Position numbers and translations under genes: made by a program. A DNA stretch of 64,000 bases from Heptranchias perlo. Its lineage: Eukaryota. Location of the stretch: contig NC_090364.1 of NCBI RefSeq assembly GCF_035084215.1, positions 4,216,001 through 4,280,000 of the forward strand, written 5' to 3'. A model generated the notes under the pieces. It saw only the letters and a program-made list of their open reading frames with translations, was not told the origin of the DNA and did not search any database. How positions within the stretch are numbered: position 1 is the stretch's first letter; each line of letters begins with the position of its first letter. Shown one piece after another: positions 13,498-26,950 of the stretch.

Positions 13498-15065
13498 TTG
13501 TTTACATGTGGTCATTGTTTTGAAATTCCTGGCACTGGTGCCCACATGAAGTCAGAAACCCAGTGACTGACATCAATAAACAGTCTGTCGCTAATCAGTG
13601 TTCTGTCTTCACTGTTTAAACAGAAGGCGCCACTTTGTATTGACAAAGATTTCTGAACAGCCTCCACATTGACCAGCCCCAGATGTCTGTTCAGATGCTG
13701 ACAGATGACCAATAAACAGATCAACAAACCGCGTCCTGGAGTTTGAATCACCCAAATAAGCAACGTGAGCCCACCCCGGCAATGGACCAATGGGTAAAGA
13801 CACCACTCAGTAAAATACTTTACCATATGGACCAGCAAATCCCGACATCAATCCCCGGTCTGTGCTCAGCCTGGGCAGCTCTTGGCCTCAGTGCCCCTGG
13901 GCCAGCGAGAGGGGAAAACCAGTAGGACCTCCCATTCCCGATCACTGTCCCGCTGGAAAGTCTTGGGGGGTTTTCCTCACACCATCTGTTGTCGACTAAT
14001 CGATAGCGATTCATTGTCATGATTAGTCAACAACTCGATTATCGTTGTATCATGCGGATGGTAGAAGGTGAACTGGATGGATCGTGGCCTTTTATCATCC
14101 AGCAATTCCTACGTTCCTATGGGTGCGGAGATCGGGTGAGGACAAGAATTGGGCTCGGCCGTGATTCCACCCATGATATATCTGGCCGCCACTCACTATC
14201 TGGGCTGGCGCGTGTGGAATGGGGTATTGGAGGGGGCCGTCGGTGCTGGTGGGGCCACACTCCGGGGAAAGTCGGGCCCGCTGTGAAGGAAATTTAGAAA
14301 TTAAAATAAATCACTCTGTTGATTTATCAGCCTATTGTCCGCAGGATTCGCTCGTTAGGTAAATTACAGTCGTCGTTATTTTGTGGATAACCCACCCCCT
14401 GGTGGATGATGGAGAGTGGGTCAATATTTGGTCTTGCTCACCTGGTACATCAATACCCCGAGTACAGGGCTGAAGGCAACTAACACAAACTGGATTTGGG
14501 GCTTTGCTCAATGATTCTGCTCGCCCTGTGGGAAGTTTGGCTCATTAGGAATGTCAGAGTTACGGGAGAAGGGGAGTGGGGGGCATCAATTTTAATATAA
14601 CCCACCCGTATGGAAACTGACGAGAACGGGGGTAATGCTGGTTTTACAAACTGCCCGATTTTAGTCTCCGTTGAAGTCAGTGGAGGGTAATATTGGAGAG
14701 GGGGGGGGTGAGGAGGGGGGTATAACCGGTGTTCCACCTCATCCCATTGGTTTCCCACTCGTCAAGTTAGGTTAAAATTACTCCCCGCGGTATCTGACCC
14801 ACGCTCGCAACCCGTGAGGGCCATCACTGGGAGCGCGAGATTGGTGAACGTCCCCCTTAATAATCGTTCTTGGGCCGCGATTCATGTCAGACAGGATGAG
14901 GGCGCAGTTAGCGTGAGGGGTGATGGGGGAGCGCCTCATGCAGACTTTAGTCCCGCGAAAATTCTGGTGGATAATTGGGGTGGGAGTCCCATTATACTGT
15001 ATGACTTGTTTACAGAGTCCCCTCTCACTCTCCCCACCGATTCCTAAGGACCAGCGAACAAAGCA

Positions 15066-15412
15066 TCTGGACAGACTGGATGCAGGGAGGATGTTCCCGA
15101 TGGCTGGGGAATCCAGAACCAGGGGTCACAGTCTCGGGATACGGGGTATGCCATTTAGAACCGAGATGAGGAGAAATTTCTTCACTCAGAGGGTGGTGAA
15201 CCTGTGGAATTCTCTACCACAGAAGGCAGTGGAGGCCAAGTCATTAGATGTATTCAAGAAGGAGATAGATATATTTCTTAATGCTAAAGGGATCAAGGGA
15301 TATGGGGAAAAAGCGGGAACAGGGTACTGAGTTAGACGATCAGCCATGATCATTTTGAATGGCGGAGCAGGCCCGAAGGGCCGAATGGCCTACTCTTGCT
15401 CCTGTTTTCTAT
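15066..15412 (+). mobile_element. CR1 LINE 3' fragment
   Basis: DRLDAGRMFP...TRGHSL...FFTQRVVNLWNSLP..., followed by a CR1-type 3' UTR. Confidence 0.9.
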
Positions 15413-16084
15413 GGTTCGATGTTAACTGCTGCTTCATTCACTCAAATAAACAAGATAAAAAAAAAACTCAGTGACAGATTTGTTGAGGCAGAATTGTGTC
15501 TCCACAGTGACTCTACGTAACGAGTCTCAGTGCAACCGACTGATATCGGCAGGGGAGCAAAGGATCACAAGACATGAACCAGATAACAGGATCGGACTTT
15601 GTTACCGCCCTGAACTCTGAACTGGGCAAATGTGAACACTAAGCATTGCGATAGATAATAAAATAACATACTTCTCAGTTTCTGACAATTGAAACAAATG
15701 ATTGTGGGGGTTATGGAGTTCGAGGCACACTTTATACCGCACACACAGACAGCGTAACACTGCACTTGTGTTCAGTAAGCACACGGTGTGCTTCTCAAGC
15801 TGCCCACGGAGAGGCTGACATGTCACTCAAATGCCCTTTGCCACCGTAACACTCCCCTCACCCAGCACGCACACCCATCGCTGCAACAGACAGATAGCGA
15901 TAACGGAGCTTGGTCAGTACAGACACTGGGTACAGGGAACAATTCACTCCCATCTGTGCTCTGCAGATCTCAGTGTCCACTTCAATGCATCGACAGCACA
16001 CACCGGGTAAAAGAAATCCAGTCAGTCCCGCCTGGTGCTGTATGGCTCACATTTGTCTCATTGTTAGCTTTTATACATGTAAGA

Positions 16085-16535
16085 AAGAAAGAACGAACTT
16101 GCCTTTATATAGCGTCTGTCACAACCTCAGGACGTCCCAAAGCGCTTTACAGCTAATGAAGTACTTTTGAAGTGTAGTCACTGTTGTAATGTAGGAAACG
16201 TGGCAGCCAATTTGCGCACAGCAAGATCCCACAAACAGCAATGTGATAATGGTCAAATAATCTGTTTTAATGATGTTGGTTGAGGGATAAATATTGGCCC
16301 AGGACGCCAGGGTGAACTCCCCTGCTCTTTTTCGAAGTAGTGACGTGGGGTCTTTTACGTCCACCTGAGAGGGCCTCAGTTCAATGTCTCATCCAAAAGA
16401 CACTACTTCCAACAGTGCAGCACACCCTCGGTACTGTACTGGAGAGTCAGCCTAGATTTTGTGCTCAAGTCTCTGGAGGGAGTCTTGAACCCACAACCTT
16501 CTAACTCAGAAGCAAGAATGTTACCCACCGAGCTA
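16085..16535 (-). mobile_element. tRNA-derived SINE with Deu-like central domain and L2-type tail
   Basis: Reverse complement of the family at 30933-31375 and 35598-36050. Confidence 0.75.
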
Positions 16536-18483
16536 CGGATACTACAGTGTACACTAGGTAAAAGTGAATGATTTACTCCCATCGAGGACTATATGGACCA
16601 TGTGTCTGTCAGTGTAAGCTCCTGTACGTGTACAGTACACAGTGAGCAATGGGGAAACAATTCACTCATGTTTGTTGTTGTGTAGTTCCTGTTAGTTGCA
16701 GTATCTGTACAGATAACAGGGAATGATTCAGTCCTGGCTCAGTCAACAATTAGTGTAGAGGATATCATCAGGGGAACTGGCAGAAGCAGATACTGAGCCT
16801 GACTGTGTAAAAAGAGATGAATTAGCACATATATAAACATATAACATGCACTGGTGTATACACATATACAAATATGTGTGGACACACATATGCATGGGCA
16901 TACACATGTATACATAGACAAACACACATAGACATGGACATACAAGTGTATACATGGACAAACACACATAGACATGGACATACAAGTGTATACATGGGCA
17001 AACACACATAGACATGGATATACACATGTATACATGGACACATAGGCATGGATGTGAGGACTCATATTCCTGTTTTAACGACTGTATTTTTTGATGGTTA
17101 AACCAATAAGTAGCTGGGAAGGAACGTATGTACTGAGTTGGTTAATCTCAGTGGCAGTAACCATGGGGATGCCACAACTGACCCTCCTGGTTGGTAATCT
17201 GATTGAAAACCTGTCATAAATCGTGGTGCAAATAACTAATTACTGCGGATTTACTGCTTAGACTAACCTTTGGTGCTCTATCTTTGAGCCTCCACCCTTG
17301 TTGGCCTTGACCATTAAAGTTAACTTTATCCATTGTAGACAACTTAACTTTTTCAATCTTTTGGCAAGCTTCAAGTAAACAATAAGCTACTTGTTGGTAC
17401 AAGCTTTTGCTGTTGGGTTCATTTTACAAGTTTATCAGATTGGGACTTCTAGTGCCAACCCAGTAGATTACAGCTCAAGGATATATATATTTCTGTTGTG
17501 TTTCTACTACATATTTATTGTTTGGCAACAACCTTCCAACAGTGGAAGACATTGCTCTCAATGTTAGGCTGCCACTGAAATTCTTCTGTCCCAGAACTTG
17601 CACACTCACAGAGCAAAAAGAGACCCGAGGTAACGAGAGAGAGAGAGAGAGAGGTAATGAGAGGGAGAAGAGAGATAATGACAGAGAGCAGAGTGGCAAC
17701 GAGAGAAGCAATAAGGTAGGGAGAGGCAATGAGCAAGAGAAGGGAGAGGTGAGGAGAGAGCAAACAAGGGAAAAGCAATGAGAGATCTACGATTATTAAC
17801 TGTAAAAACCTGCTTCAAGCACCCCATGTTACTGAATTATTTGTCCATTGCTGCCATAGTTGGATGTTATAAATATCTACAGCAGAACATTTTTTAAATC
17901 TTGTGACTTTGGTATAAACTCCATGTTTGTGTTGAGTGTCTCTGTCCTTTCAACCGCTGACTGACCGTATGGGGGGTGGGAGGAAGAAGAGATTTATCTC
18001 ATGGCTGTTCTTTAATCTACACGAATTCAGTAATAACAAATTTTGGCAAACTAGTTCTGCAATCATCAGCATTCAACTGTAACATAATTAAGTGCACCCT
18101 TTCTAAAATAGAGCAGACAAAACAGGGTTACAGAATAAGAGGCATGTCACATTCAGGCTATTTTATACCATCTCTAAATTTATACAACAGAGCCATGAGA
18201 ATGTAGATCAGTTATAGTGAGGGTTGTGGAGCAGATTGATAGGCAGATTGTAGTGTTATAGCGAGGGACATTCAAGATGTTACAGGTCGGGTCGCGAGCT
18301 GAATGTTCTGGAGACTAAGGCCCCGATATTTACTCGGAGCCGGGAAAAGAGCTGGGGGGGGGGCGGGGGGATTTTTTCTTTTGGACGCGAAACCCGGAAG
18401 GGAAGTTGGCGGGTCGGATTCTGCGATTGCAACTTAATTGAAGGATTACATTTTTCTCTTCCGGTTTTTGTGCCCGGCAGCCA

Positions 18484-18735
18484 GAAACCTGCTGGTCTTC
18501 CAGCTGAAGGAGCTGTCCACGACCGAGGTCCAGGAGTACGTGCTGCGGGACGCACTGAAGCGAGGTGCGGCCTACGCAAAGGCTCGATGGGAAAAGGCCA
18601 CCGTGTAAGGCCACCTTGTATTGTACAGAATGTATTGGAAAATATGTACTGTGCATTAAAATTATATGCTGTGAATGCTGTGCTGCATTTTGTACCCTCT
18701 ATTTGAACAGTGTGTAAACCGTGTGTCTCTTTAAA
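18484..18735 (+). mobile_element. Tx1-like (L1 clade) LINE 3' fragment
   Basis: Matches the C-terminus of the element at 23117-25407 (RNLLVFQ, VQEYVLRDAL, WEKATV). Confidence 0.75.
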
Positions 18736-18744
18736 TTTTATAGA

Positions 18745-19130
18745 AATAGAAATCATAGAAAGGTTACAGCACGGAAAGAGGCCATTCAGCCCATCAAGAG
18801 CAATCCAGCTAGTCCTACTCCCCCGCCCTGTCCCCGTAGCCCTGCAAATTTTTTCATTTCAAGTACTTATCCAGTTCCCTTTTGAAGGCCGCAATTGAAT
18901 CTGCCTCCACCACCCCCTCGGGCAGTGCATTCCAGATCCCAACCACTCGCTGTGGAAAAAAAGATTTTCCTCGCGTCACCTTCGGTTCTTTTGCCGATCA
19001 CCTTAAATCTATGTCCTCTGGTTCTTGTCTCTTCCGCCAATGGGAACAGTTTCTCTCTATCAACCGTGTCTAGACCCTTCACGATTTTAAATACCTCTAT
19101 CAAATCTCCTCGCAACCGTCTCTGTTCCAA
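18745..19130 (-). mobile_element. CR1 LINE 3' fragment
   Basis: LEQRRLRGDLIEVFKI...TRGHRFKV in ORF 18867-19193. Confidence 0.9.
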
Positions 19131-22100
19131 AGTGAAACAAAATATATTTTGAAATATATAAGAAAAGGTTGCGGTCGTGCTGGAAAAAATCATTCATTTT
19201 AACATCCCACCCGCCCCCAACCCCCCCCATTCTGGGGCTCCCCTATTCCCATCCAGCACTCTGTGTGACTGATATTATCTCCAATGACGCTAATTCAGTT
19301 TCCTCAGTTTGCTGAGTCACTCTTAGTAACATGTCATTCGAATCACAATGTTGTGTTAATATAGTGGGAAGATTTCCTAAGATTTGCCAATTCTGAGGAC
19401 ATCATCAGTGCATTTCTTCTAAAGTGACGTTGCGAAATTTAGAGACGACTTTGCAATTTTTTTTAGACTCCAAACCTTGGGCATTTTTCTGCTGTGTTTA
19501 CGATGCCAGTAATGCACAGCGACCAGCGGAATATGTCTTCCAGTTGGAGAAGTTGAGTTAACGTCATTAAATAAATTTAAAACAGAAATAGACAGTTTCC
19601 TAGAAGTAAAGGGAATTAGGGGTTACGGGGAGCGGGCAGGAAATTGGACATGAATTTAGATTTGAGGTTAGGATCAGATCAGCCATGATCTTATTGAATG
19701 GCGGAGCAGGCTCGAGGGGCCGATTGGCCTACTCCTGCTCCTATTTCTTATGTTCTTAACTCACACAGTTGGAGTTTAAGATAATTACAACTGTGTTTCT
19801 ACTGATATTAAATCCATTCTCTCACACTGTCACGGAAAACAGAACACAAAGCAGCCAATTTTCTTCACTGCCCAGTCCGTACTGTTTTGTCGCCATTAGT
19901 GTTTGAAGGTGACATGTGACATTAACCCAAAAGCCACATCGAGTTTTGGTGCTGGGGATATAGGACAGGAGGTCGGCAGAGGGTCAACTGTGAAGAGCCT
20001 CTGATAAAACCTTCCACACTTCTATTGCATGATGTGGAGATGCCGGTGATGGACTGGGGTTGACAAATGTAAGGAATCTTGACGAAGAAGAAAGCCTCCG
20101 AAAGCTTGTGATTTTCAAATAAAACAGTTGGACTATAACCTGGTGTTGTAAGATTCCTTACATACTTCTATTGCATCAAGTGAATCACCACAGACTGACT
20201 GACTGCCTAAAAGCAACGTGAGAGATGAGTCGTTGGAGGTGCTGGCCACTCGTAACTCACTGCCAACAGTGACTGTGCAGTTTTTGTGTGTCTCAGTGTC
20301 AGCTCCTGCTGGTGTACAGAACACACAGTGTTAATGGAAACCTTTCACTCCCATCTGATATTGTAGGGCTTTTGTTTCAGTGTCATCTCCCACACATTTA
20401 CAGTGCATGTCAATTAAAGGGGAACATTTTACTGTACTGTACATCCTCTTTGTGTGTGTGTTTTAGTGTCAACTATTGTACATGTACATTACACACCGGG
20501 TAAAAGGCAATTATTCACTGCTGGCTGGTACTGTTACCTTATGGTTCGTGTGTGTCTTCATGTCAGCTACAATATGTGTACAGCACACACGAGGGGAACG
20601 AGCACTCCCATCTGCTGCCAGATGTCTCCTGTATGTGTGTCAGCTCCTCTCCATTTAAAGTGCACACCGAGCAAAAGGGAACAATTCATTCGAATTGATC
20701 TTGAGGATATTATTAATCATGCTTCCAATGTCTTTTCACACCTCACCTTTAAGTGGTCCATCTCTGATTTGTCCCTTCCTGGATTTTTTCTCTCAATCTT
20801 TGGTAAGGGGCCTTCAACTGGCATTTGGTACAGGAGACCTGGTGATATCTGCACCCTTGGTTTCGGCCTGCTTTTTTTTCTCTCTTTCTGGGGCCAGTGG
20901 ACCCCACCATGTTTTGCCAGCATTGCCTGCTTTAATTTCAGGCCTGCTCCACAGAGCTTCCATTGTCTCTCATCTTATCTTTTCCTTGCTTTGTCTCTTC
21001 CTGCCTTAGCTATTCACACATTCTTTGTTTCTCTAATGCCTTTAATTCCTTCACTGTTTCTTTCCATTATGTGAAATAAGCATCATCTCAGTCAATTAAC
21101 AATCTCCGATTATTATATAGTTCATTCTACCAAAACGGCCTCTCTCTGTTTCTCCCCTCCCCCTCCATCTTGTTATGTGTCAGCTCAACGTCCACTTTTT
21201 AAGGTCTGAAGAAAGACATTAGCTTGGCAATTCTCACCGCAGAATTTTCTGGTTTTTTTTGAATAATTCACTCCAGTCTGAACATAAGAACATAGGAAAT
21301 AGGAGCAGGAGTAGGCCATACGGCCCCTCGAGCCATTCAATAAGATCATGGCTGATCTCCTACCTCAACTCCACTTTCTCCCCATATCCCTTTATTCTCA
21401 TAGTGCCCAAAGTGTCTGATACTGTACAGCTCACGTGTGTCTCAGTGTCACCTCATGCTCAGGTACGGTGCGCACGAGATAAAAGGGAACGATTCATCCC
21501 CATCCGGTACTGTACACACACGTATGTCTGTATCAGTTCCCTGTACCTGTGCACACATCACGTAAAAGGGAACAGTTCACTCCCATTTGACGTGTATGAA
21601 ACACATTTGATTCATTGTCACCTCTTCCACAGTTACAGTACAGAGGGCAAAAAGGAGCAACAACTTGCATTTATATAGCGCCTTTAACGTAGTAAAACCG
21701 TCCCAAGGCGCTTGACAGGAGCGTAATCAAACAAAATTTGTCACCTAGCCACATACGGAGATGTTAGGACAGGTGACCAAAAGCTTGGTCAAAGGGGTAG
21801 GTTTTAAGGAGTGACTTTAAGGAGGAGAGAGAGGCGGAGAGGTTTAGGGAGGGAATTCCAGAGCTTAGGGCCCAGGCAACTGAAGGCACGGCCGCCAACA
21901 AGTCATGTATGAGAAAGAACTTGCATTTATATAGCATCTTACACATTCTCAGGACATCCCAAAGCGCTTCACAGCCGATTAATTGCTTTTGAAGTGTAGT
22001 CACTGTTGTTTTGAAGGCAAATGCAGTGGCCAATTTTGCGCACAGCTCGGTCGCACAAACAGATCAGGTTTGCCAGCACAAATCAGCCCGATAAACAGCG

Positions 22101-22304
22101 ACTTAATGTGACCTATCTCGTTGAGTTAGGTCGAAAAGTTTCAGAGTGCAAGATAAATAATATCAACTCGTGTAAGACAATCAGCATTGAGAAATGAAGG
22201 GACGCCAGCATGACTCAGTCAGAAGGTCACGGGTTCAAGCCCCACTCCAGGACTTGAACACATAATCTAAGCTGACGCTCCAGTGCGATACTGGGGGAGA
22301 ACAA

Positions 22305-22865
22305 AAAAAAAATCAAAAATACTCCAAAATACTTGCTGGAAATCTGAAATAGAAGCAGAATAATGCTGGAAACACTCAGCGGTTCAGGCACCATCCGTGG
22401 AGAGAGGAAGGGAGGATTAACCTTTCACCTCGATGACCTTTGGGTTCTGACAAAAAGTCATCAACCTGAAATGTTAACCCTACCGCCCTCTCTCCACAGA
22501 TGCTGCCTGACCTGCTGAATATTTCAAAGCACTTCTTGTTTTTATTTCAGCACTGAGGGATTGTCAGAGTTGCTGTCTTTTGGGTGAGATGTTAAACCAA
22601 GGTGAGGGTAAACTGTACATATTGAATTAAGGGAATCTGGTCATTACATCTAAATCAAAAGCAAAAGACCGTGGATGCTGGAAATCTGAAATAAAAACAG
22701 AAAGTGCTGGAAAAGCTCAGCAAGTGAGGCAGCGTCTGCGGAGAAAGGAACAGAGTTAACGTTCCAGGTTGATGACGAGAGGCCTTCGACCTGAAATGTT
22801 AACTCTGTTTCTTTCTCCACAGATGCTGCCTGACTTGCTGGGCTTCTCCGGCATAACTTCTGTTC
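22305..22865. mobile_element. Two palindromic Penelope-like pLTR remnants
   Basis: Tail-to-tail inverted copies (..ctggaaatctgaaat..cagagttaac / ..gttaactctg..cagatgctgcctgac) at 22305-22550 and 22655-22865; related copies at 36380-36510 and 50345-50535. Family assignment is from recollection. Confidence 0.6.
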
Positions 22866-23116
22866 TGTACGTTCACCTTACCATGAAATAAAAAAATACA
22901 CAGGGCCTCAGTTTAATATTTTTTTTTGAAATTAGCTGAAGGACCAGTGAATCTGTTTCTGGTGATGCTGGTTAAACGATGAATGTTGGCCAGGGCACCT
23001 GAAGAATTCCCTACTCTTTCTTTAATCGTGCCTTGGGCAGAGAGGACCTTGGGTTAGCAACTCACCCAAAAGACGGCACCTCCGACAGTGCAGCACCCCC
23101 TCAGTACTGCATGGAG

Positions 23117-25407
23117 TTTTTTTTCAAAAAATATACTTCATTCATAAAATTTGCAGCAATACGTACAATACAGTTGTCATATCACATTCCAAACGTACAC
23201 AATACAGATTATACAATTTGCAGGTTACATCAAGAAAAGTTCGATGAACACATTGTACATAATTACAGCTCATGACACTCTAGGGTGCCTCATTGCATCA
23301 CACTCAATACAGATTATTGATTACAGATTCATTACAGGTACATTACAGATTCATTACAGGTACATTACATCAACTTGAATTTTACATTCTGCCCGAGGGG
23401 GTTTTTCCCTGATTGCAGCCCCTCGGTCTACAATGGCGGGAAGGCTCTAAACGGTTGCCTTTCCCCACAGAGCCTTTGTGGCGGCCGCACCCGTCCTCAG
23501 TGCGTCCCTGAGCACGTAGTCCTGGACCTTGGAATGTGCCAGTCTGCAACACTCGGTCGAGGACAGCTCCTTGCACTGGAAGACCAGCAAGTTTCGGGCA
23601 GACCAAAGGGCGTCTTTCACCGAGTTGATCGTCTTCCAGCAGCAGTTGATGTCCGTCTCGGTGTGTGGCCCTGGGAACAGCCCGTAGAGCACAGAATCCT
23701 GTGTTACAGAACTGCTCGGGATAAACCTGGACAGATACCACTGCATCTCTCTCCAGACCTTCTTTGCAAAGGCACATTCCAGAAGAAGGTGGGTGACGGT
23801 CTCGTCCCTATCGCAGCCTCCTCGGGGACAGCGCGCGGTGACGCTGAGACTTCGTGAGTGCATGAAGGATCTGACAGGAAGGGCCCTTCTCACCACCAGC
23901 CAGGCTAGGTCTTGATGCTTGTTTGAAAGCTCTGGTGGTGAGATGTTCTGACAAATGACATCGACAGTCTGCTCGGGGAACCAACCGACAGGATCCACCA
24001 TCTCCTTTTCCCGCAGGGTCTCGAGCTCGTTACGTGCGGACCACTTGCTGATCGCCTTGTGGTCAAGGGTGTTTTTTTCATAACCTTTTCGACGAAGGAC
24101 AGGTGGGGCGGAACGGTCCAACTGGACAGAGCGTTCCGTGGCAGCGTGGCCAGGCCCATCCTTCTCAACACCGGGGACAGGTAGAACCTCAGCACGTAGT
24201 GACACTTTGTGTTTGCGTACCGAGGGTCTATGCACAGCTTGATGCAGCCGCACACAAAGGTGGCCATCAGGATGGGGGCCACGTTGGGCACGCCTTTCCC
24301 CCCTTTCTCCGGAGATTTGTACATCGTGTCCCTGCAGACACGGTCCATTTTTGATCTCCAGATAAAGTGGAAAATAGCTCGGGGGTGACTGCCATGGAAC
24401 ACTCCGTCCAGTTGGACCGTTCCGCCCCACCTGTCCTTCGTCGAAACGTTTATGAAAAAAACACCTTTGACCACAAGGCGATCAGCAAGTGGTCCGCACG
24501 TAACGTCCTCGAGACCCTGAGGGAAAAGGAGATGGTGGATCCTGTTGGTTCGTCCCGAGCAGTTCCGAGGAGCGAGGTATGGGCCAGACCTGCGCCACAT
24601 ACAGCAATACTGAGAGCACTTCGCTCCTGATGGCCAGGTTCTTGCCCGCGATCGAAAGGGATCGTCGATCCCACAGTCCCAGTTTCTGCTTGACCTTGGC
24701 AATATGCTCCTCCCAGTTTTTGGTGCACGCCCCGGCCCCCCGAACCAGATCCCCAGCACCTTCAGGTAATCCAACCTGACGGTGAAGGGGACAAAGGATC
24801 GGTCGGTCCAGTTCCCAAAGAACATGGCCTCGCTCTTGCTACGATTTACCCTGGCCCCAGAGGCCAGTTCGAACTGGTCGCAGATGCTCATCAATCTGCG
24901 GACCGACAGCTGATCCGAGCAAAAGACGGTGACGTCATCCATGTACAGGGAGGCCTTGACCTGAGTGCCTCTGCTGCCTGGGATGGTCACCCCTCTTATG
25001 CCCGCATCCCTCCTGATGGACTCGGCAAAGGGTTCGATGCAGCACACGAACAAGACGGAGGAGAGAGGACAGCCCTGCCTGACTCCAGATTTGATCGGAA
25101 AGCTTTCTGATTCCTACCCGTTGATTGAAACTGCGCTACTGATGTCTGTGTAGAGCAGTTGGATCCAATTGCGGATTCCCTCCCCAAACCCCATTTTGGA
25201 GAGCACGTCCATCATGTACGTGTGGGATATTCCGTCAAAGGCCTTCTCCTGGTCCAGGCTGATCAGGCAGGTGTTCACCCCCCTGTCCTGTACGTAGGCG
25301 AACGTATCCCTGAGTAGCGTCAGGCTATCAGAGATCTTCCTGCCGGGTACAGCGCAGGTCTGATCGGGGTGGATCACCACCTCCAGGGCTGACTTGACCC
25401 GATTGGC
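23117..25407 (-). mobile_element. 5'-truncated Tx1-like non-LTR retrotransposon, disrupted ORF2, inserted into a SINE
   Basis: HPDQTCAVPGR, LISLDQEKAFD, RQGCPLS, YMDD and C-terminal CPRGGC..ETVTHLLLEC zinc finger; T-run at 23117; SINE halves continue on both sides. Confidence 0.92.
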
Positions 25408-26438
25408 GCCTAGATTAAGTGCTCAAGTCCTGGAGTGGGGTTGGAGCCCGTGACCTTCTGACTCACCAGTAGGAATGCTGTCGCTAAGTCATGCTGACAT
25501 CCCTTCATTTCTCAATGCTGACCGGGCAGTAGTCTTACATCAGCTGATATTATTTAACTTGAACTCTGAAACTTATAGACTTAAGTCAATAAGTTAGGCC
25601 GTATTAAGTAGCTGTTTATTGGGGTAAATCACGCTGGCAGCCATCTACGTGTTAACATGTTTGTAGTCACATATCTAAATCTGTTGTTAATATTTACAAC
25701 CCATTAATCGGCTTTGCACTCTGCACATCTGTTTGTGCTGCTGACACATCCATATGTCTGTGATGTCACCAGATCTTTGAAGAAAGAACATTTAGTGCCT
25801 TTCACACCCTCAGGACATTCCCAAAGTGCTTCACGTCCAATTAATTACTTTTGAAGTGTAGTCACTGTTGTTTTGTAGGAAAATGCAGCACATCAAAGCC
25901 CTACATACAGCCATGAGATGGATCACCAGTTAATCTGTTTTGGTGATGTTGGTTGAGGGATGAATGTTTGCCACAACAGTGGGAGATCTCCTTGCTCTTT
26001 TTCTAATTGTCACTTTTACATCCAAGTTTGAAATTTCAGATCTGGCGTAGATGCCTTCTTGGGTACAGTGGCCTCACTCACTCCCGGTAGCTGGTCCAGT
26101 ACCTGCTCTGAGCATCTCACTTTGGTGGGAGTTGACCCACATTGTCCTATATTTACTTGTACAATAGCATGACCCGGAGGTGGAACAATAGTGCCTCCCC
26201 ATCCTGTGGGTGTTGGCGTTTTTCGATCACTTAGAAAGCTAATGAATTGCTTATTGTTTAGTGTGTACGGGAAACAACTTCCATTTCGCATATTAATCTC
26301 CTTTCGTCTAGGTGTCCTTTTTGTGAACTTGTAAACTAATACACTGTGCTTAAGAACCTCAATCTTAAAAGTAACTTTTTCTGTAGAGAAATGGTCAAAA
26401 AATCCTGAAACACAACAGTCCACCTGAATACACAGGGA

Positions 26439-26561
26439 CTGAGGAAGGAGAAAGCCTCCGAAAGCTTGTGATTTTCAAATAAAACTGTTGGACTATAACC
26501 TGGTGTTGTAAGATTCCTTACATTTGTTAACCCCAGTCCATCACCGGCATCTCCACATCAT
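26439..26561 (+). mobile_element. Penelope-like pLTR fragment with hammerhead-like core
   Basis: CTGAGGA-aggag-aaagc-ctcc-GAAA-gctt; second, partly inverted copy at 20029-20163. Confidence 0.55.
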
Positions 26562-26795
26562 CACTTGAAAGATGACACAGTTTAACAATGCATAAGTCTC
26601 TCAGTATTGCACTGAAGTATCAGTCTAGACTTCTGAGGGGCCCATTTTCAACTGCCGCCTGCCCTGCTTTATAAGGCAGTTGAAAATGGCAGGGAAATGG
26701 CGCCAGCCCCTTGGAGGCCTGATGCAACTTTCAGGTGGGCCTGTAATTGGGTGTCCAACATTTCTGCCCGAAACGGGTGTGAGGCTGCTTGGCAA

Positions 26796-26950
26796 ATGCA
26801 AATAGGGAACATACGCCATGCAAATAGGGAGCCTACGCCATGCAAATAGGGAACATACGCCATGCAAATAGGGAGCCTACGCCTTGCAAATAGGGAACAT
26901 ACGCCATGCAAATAGGGAACATACGCCATGCAAATAGGGGTCCTACGCCA
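26796..26950 (+). repeat. 22-bp tandem repeat x7 containing ATGCAAAT
   Basis: Unit atgcaaatagggaacatacgcc. Confidence 0.93.

Noticed and set aside
20454-21074. 206-aa hydrophobic ORF
   Set aside because: Non-ATG start, low-complexity pyrimidine-rich sequence, no recognisable domain or splice context.
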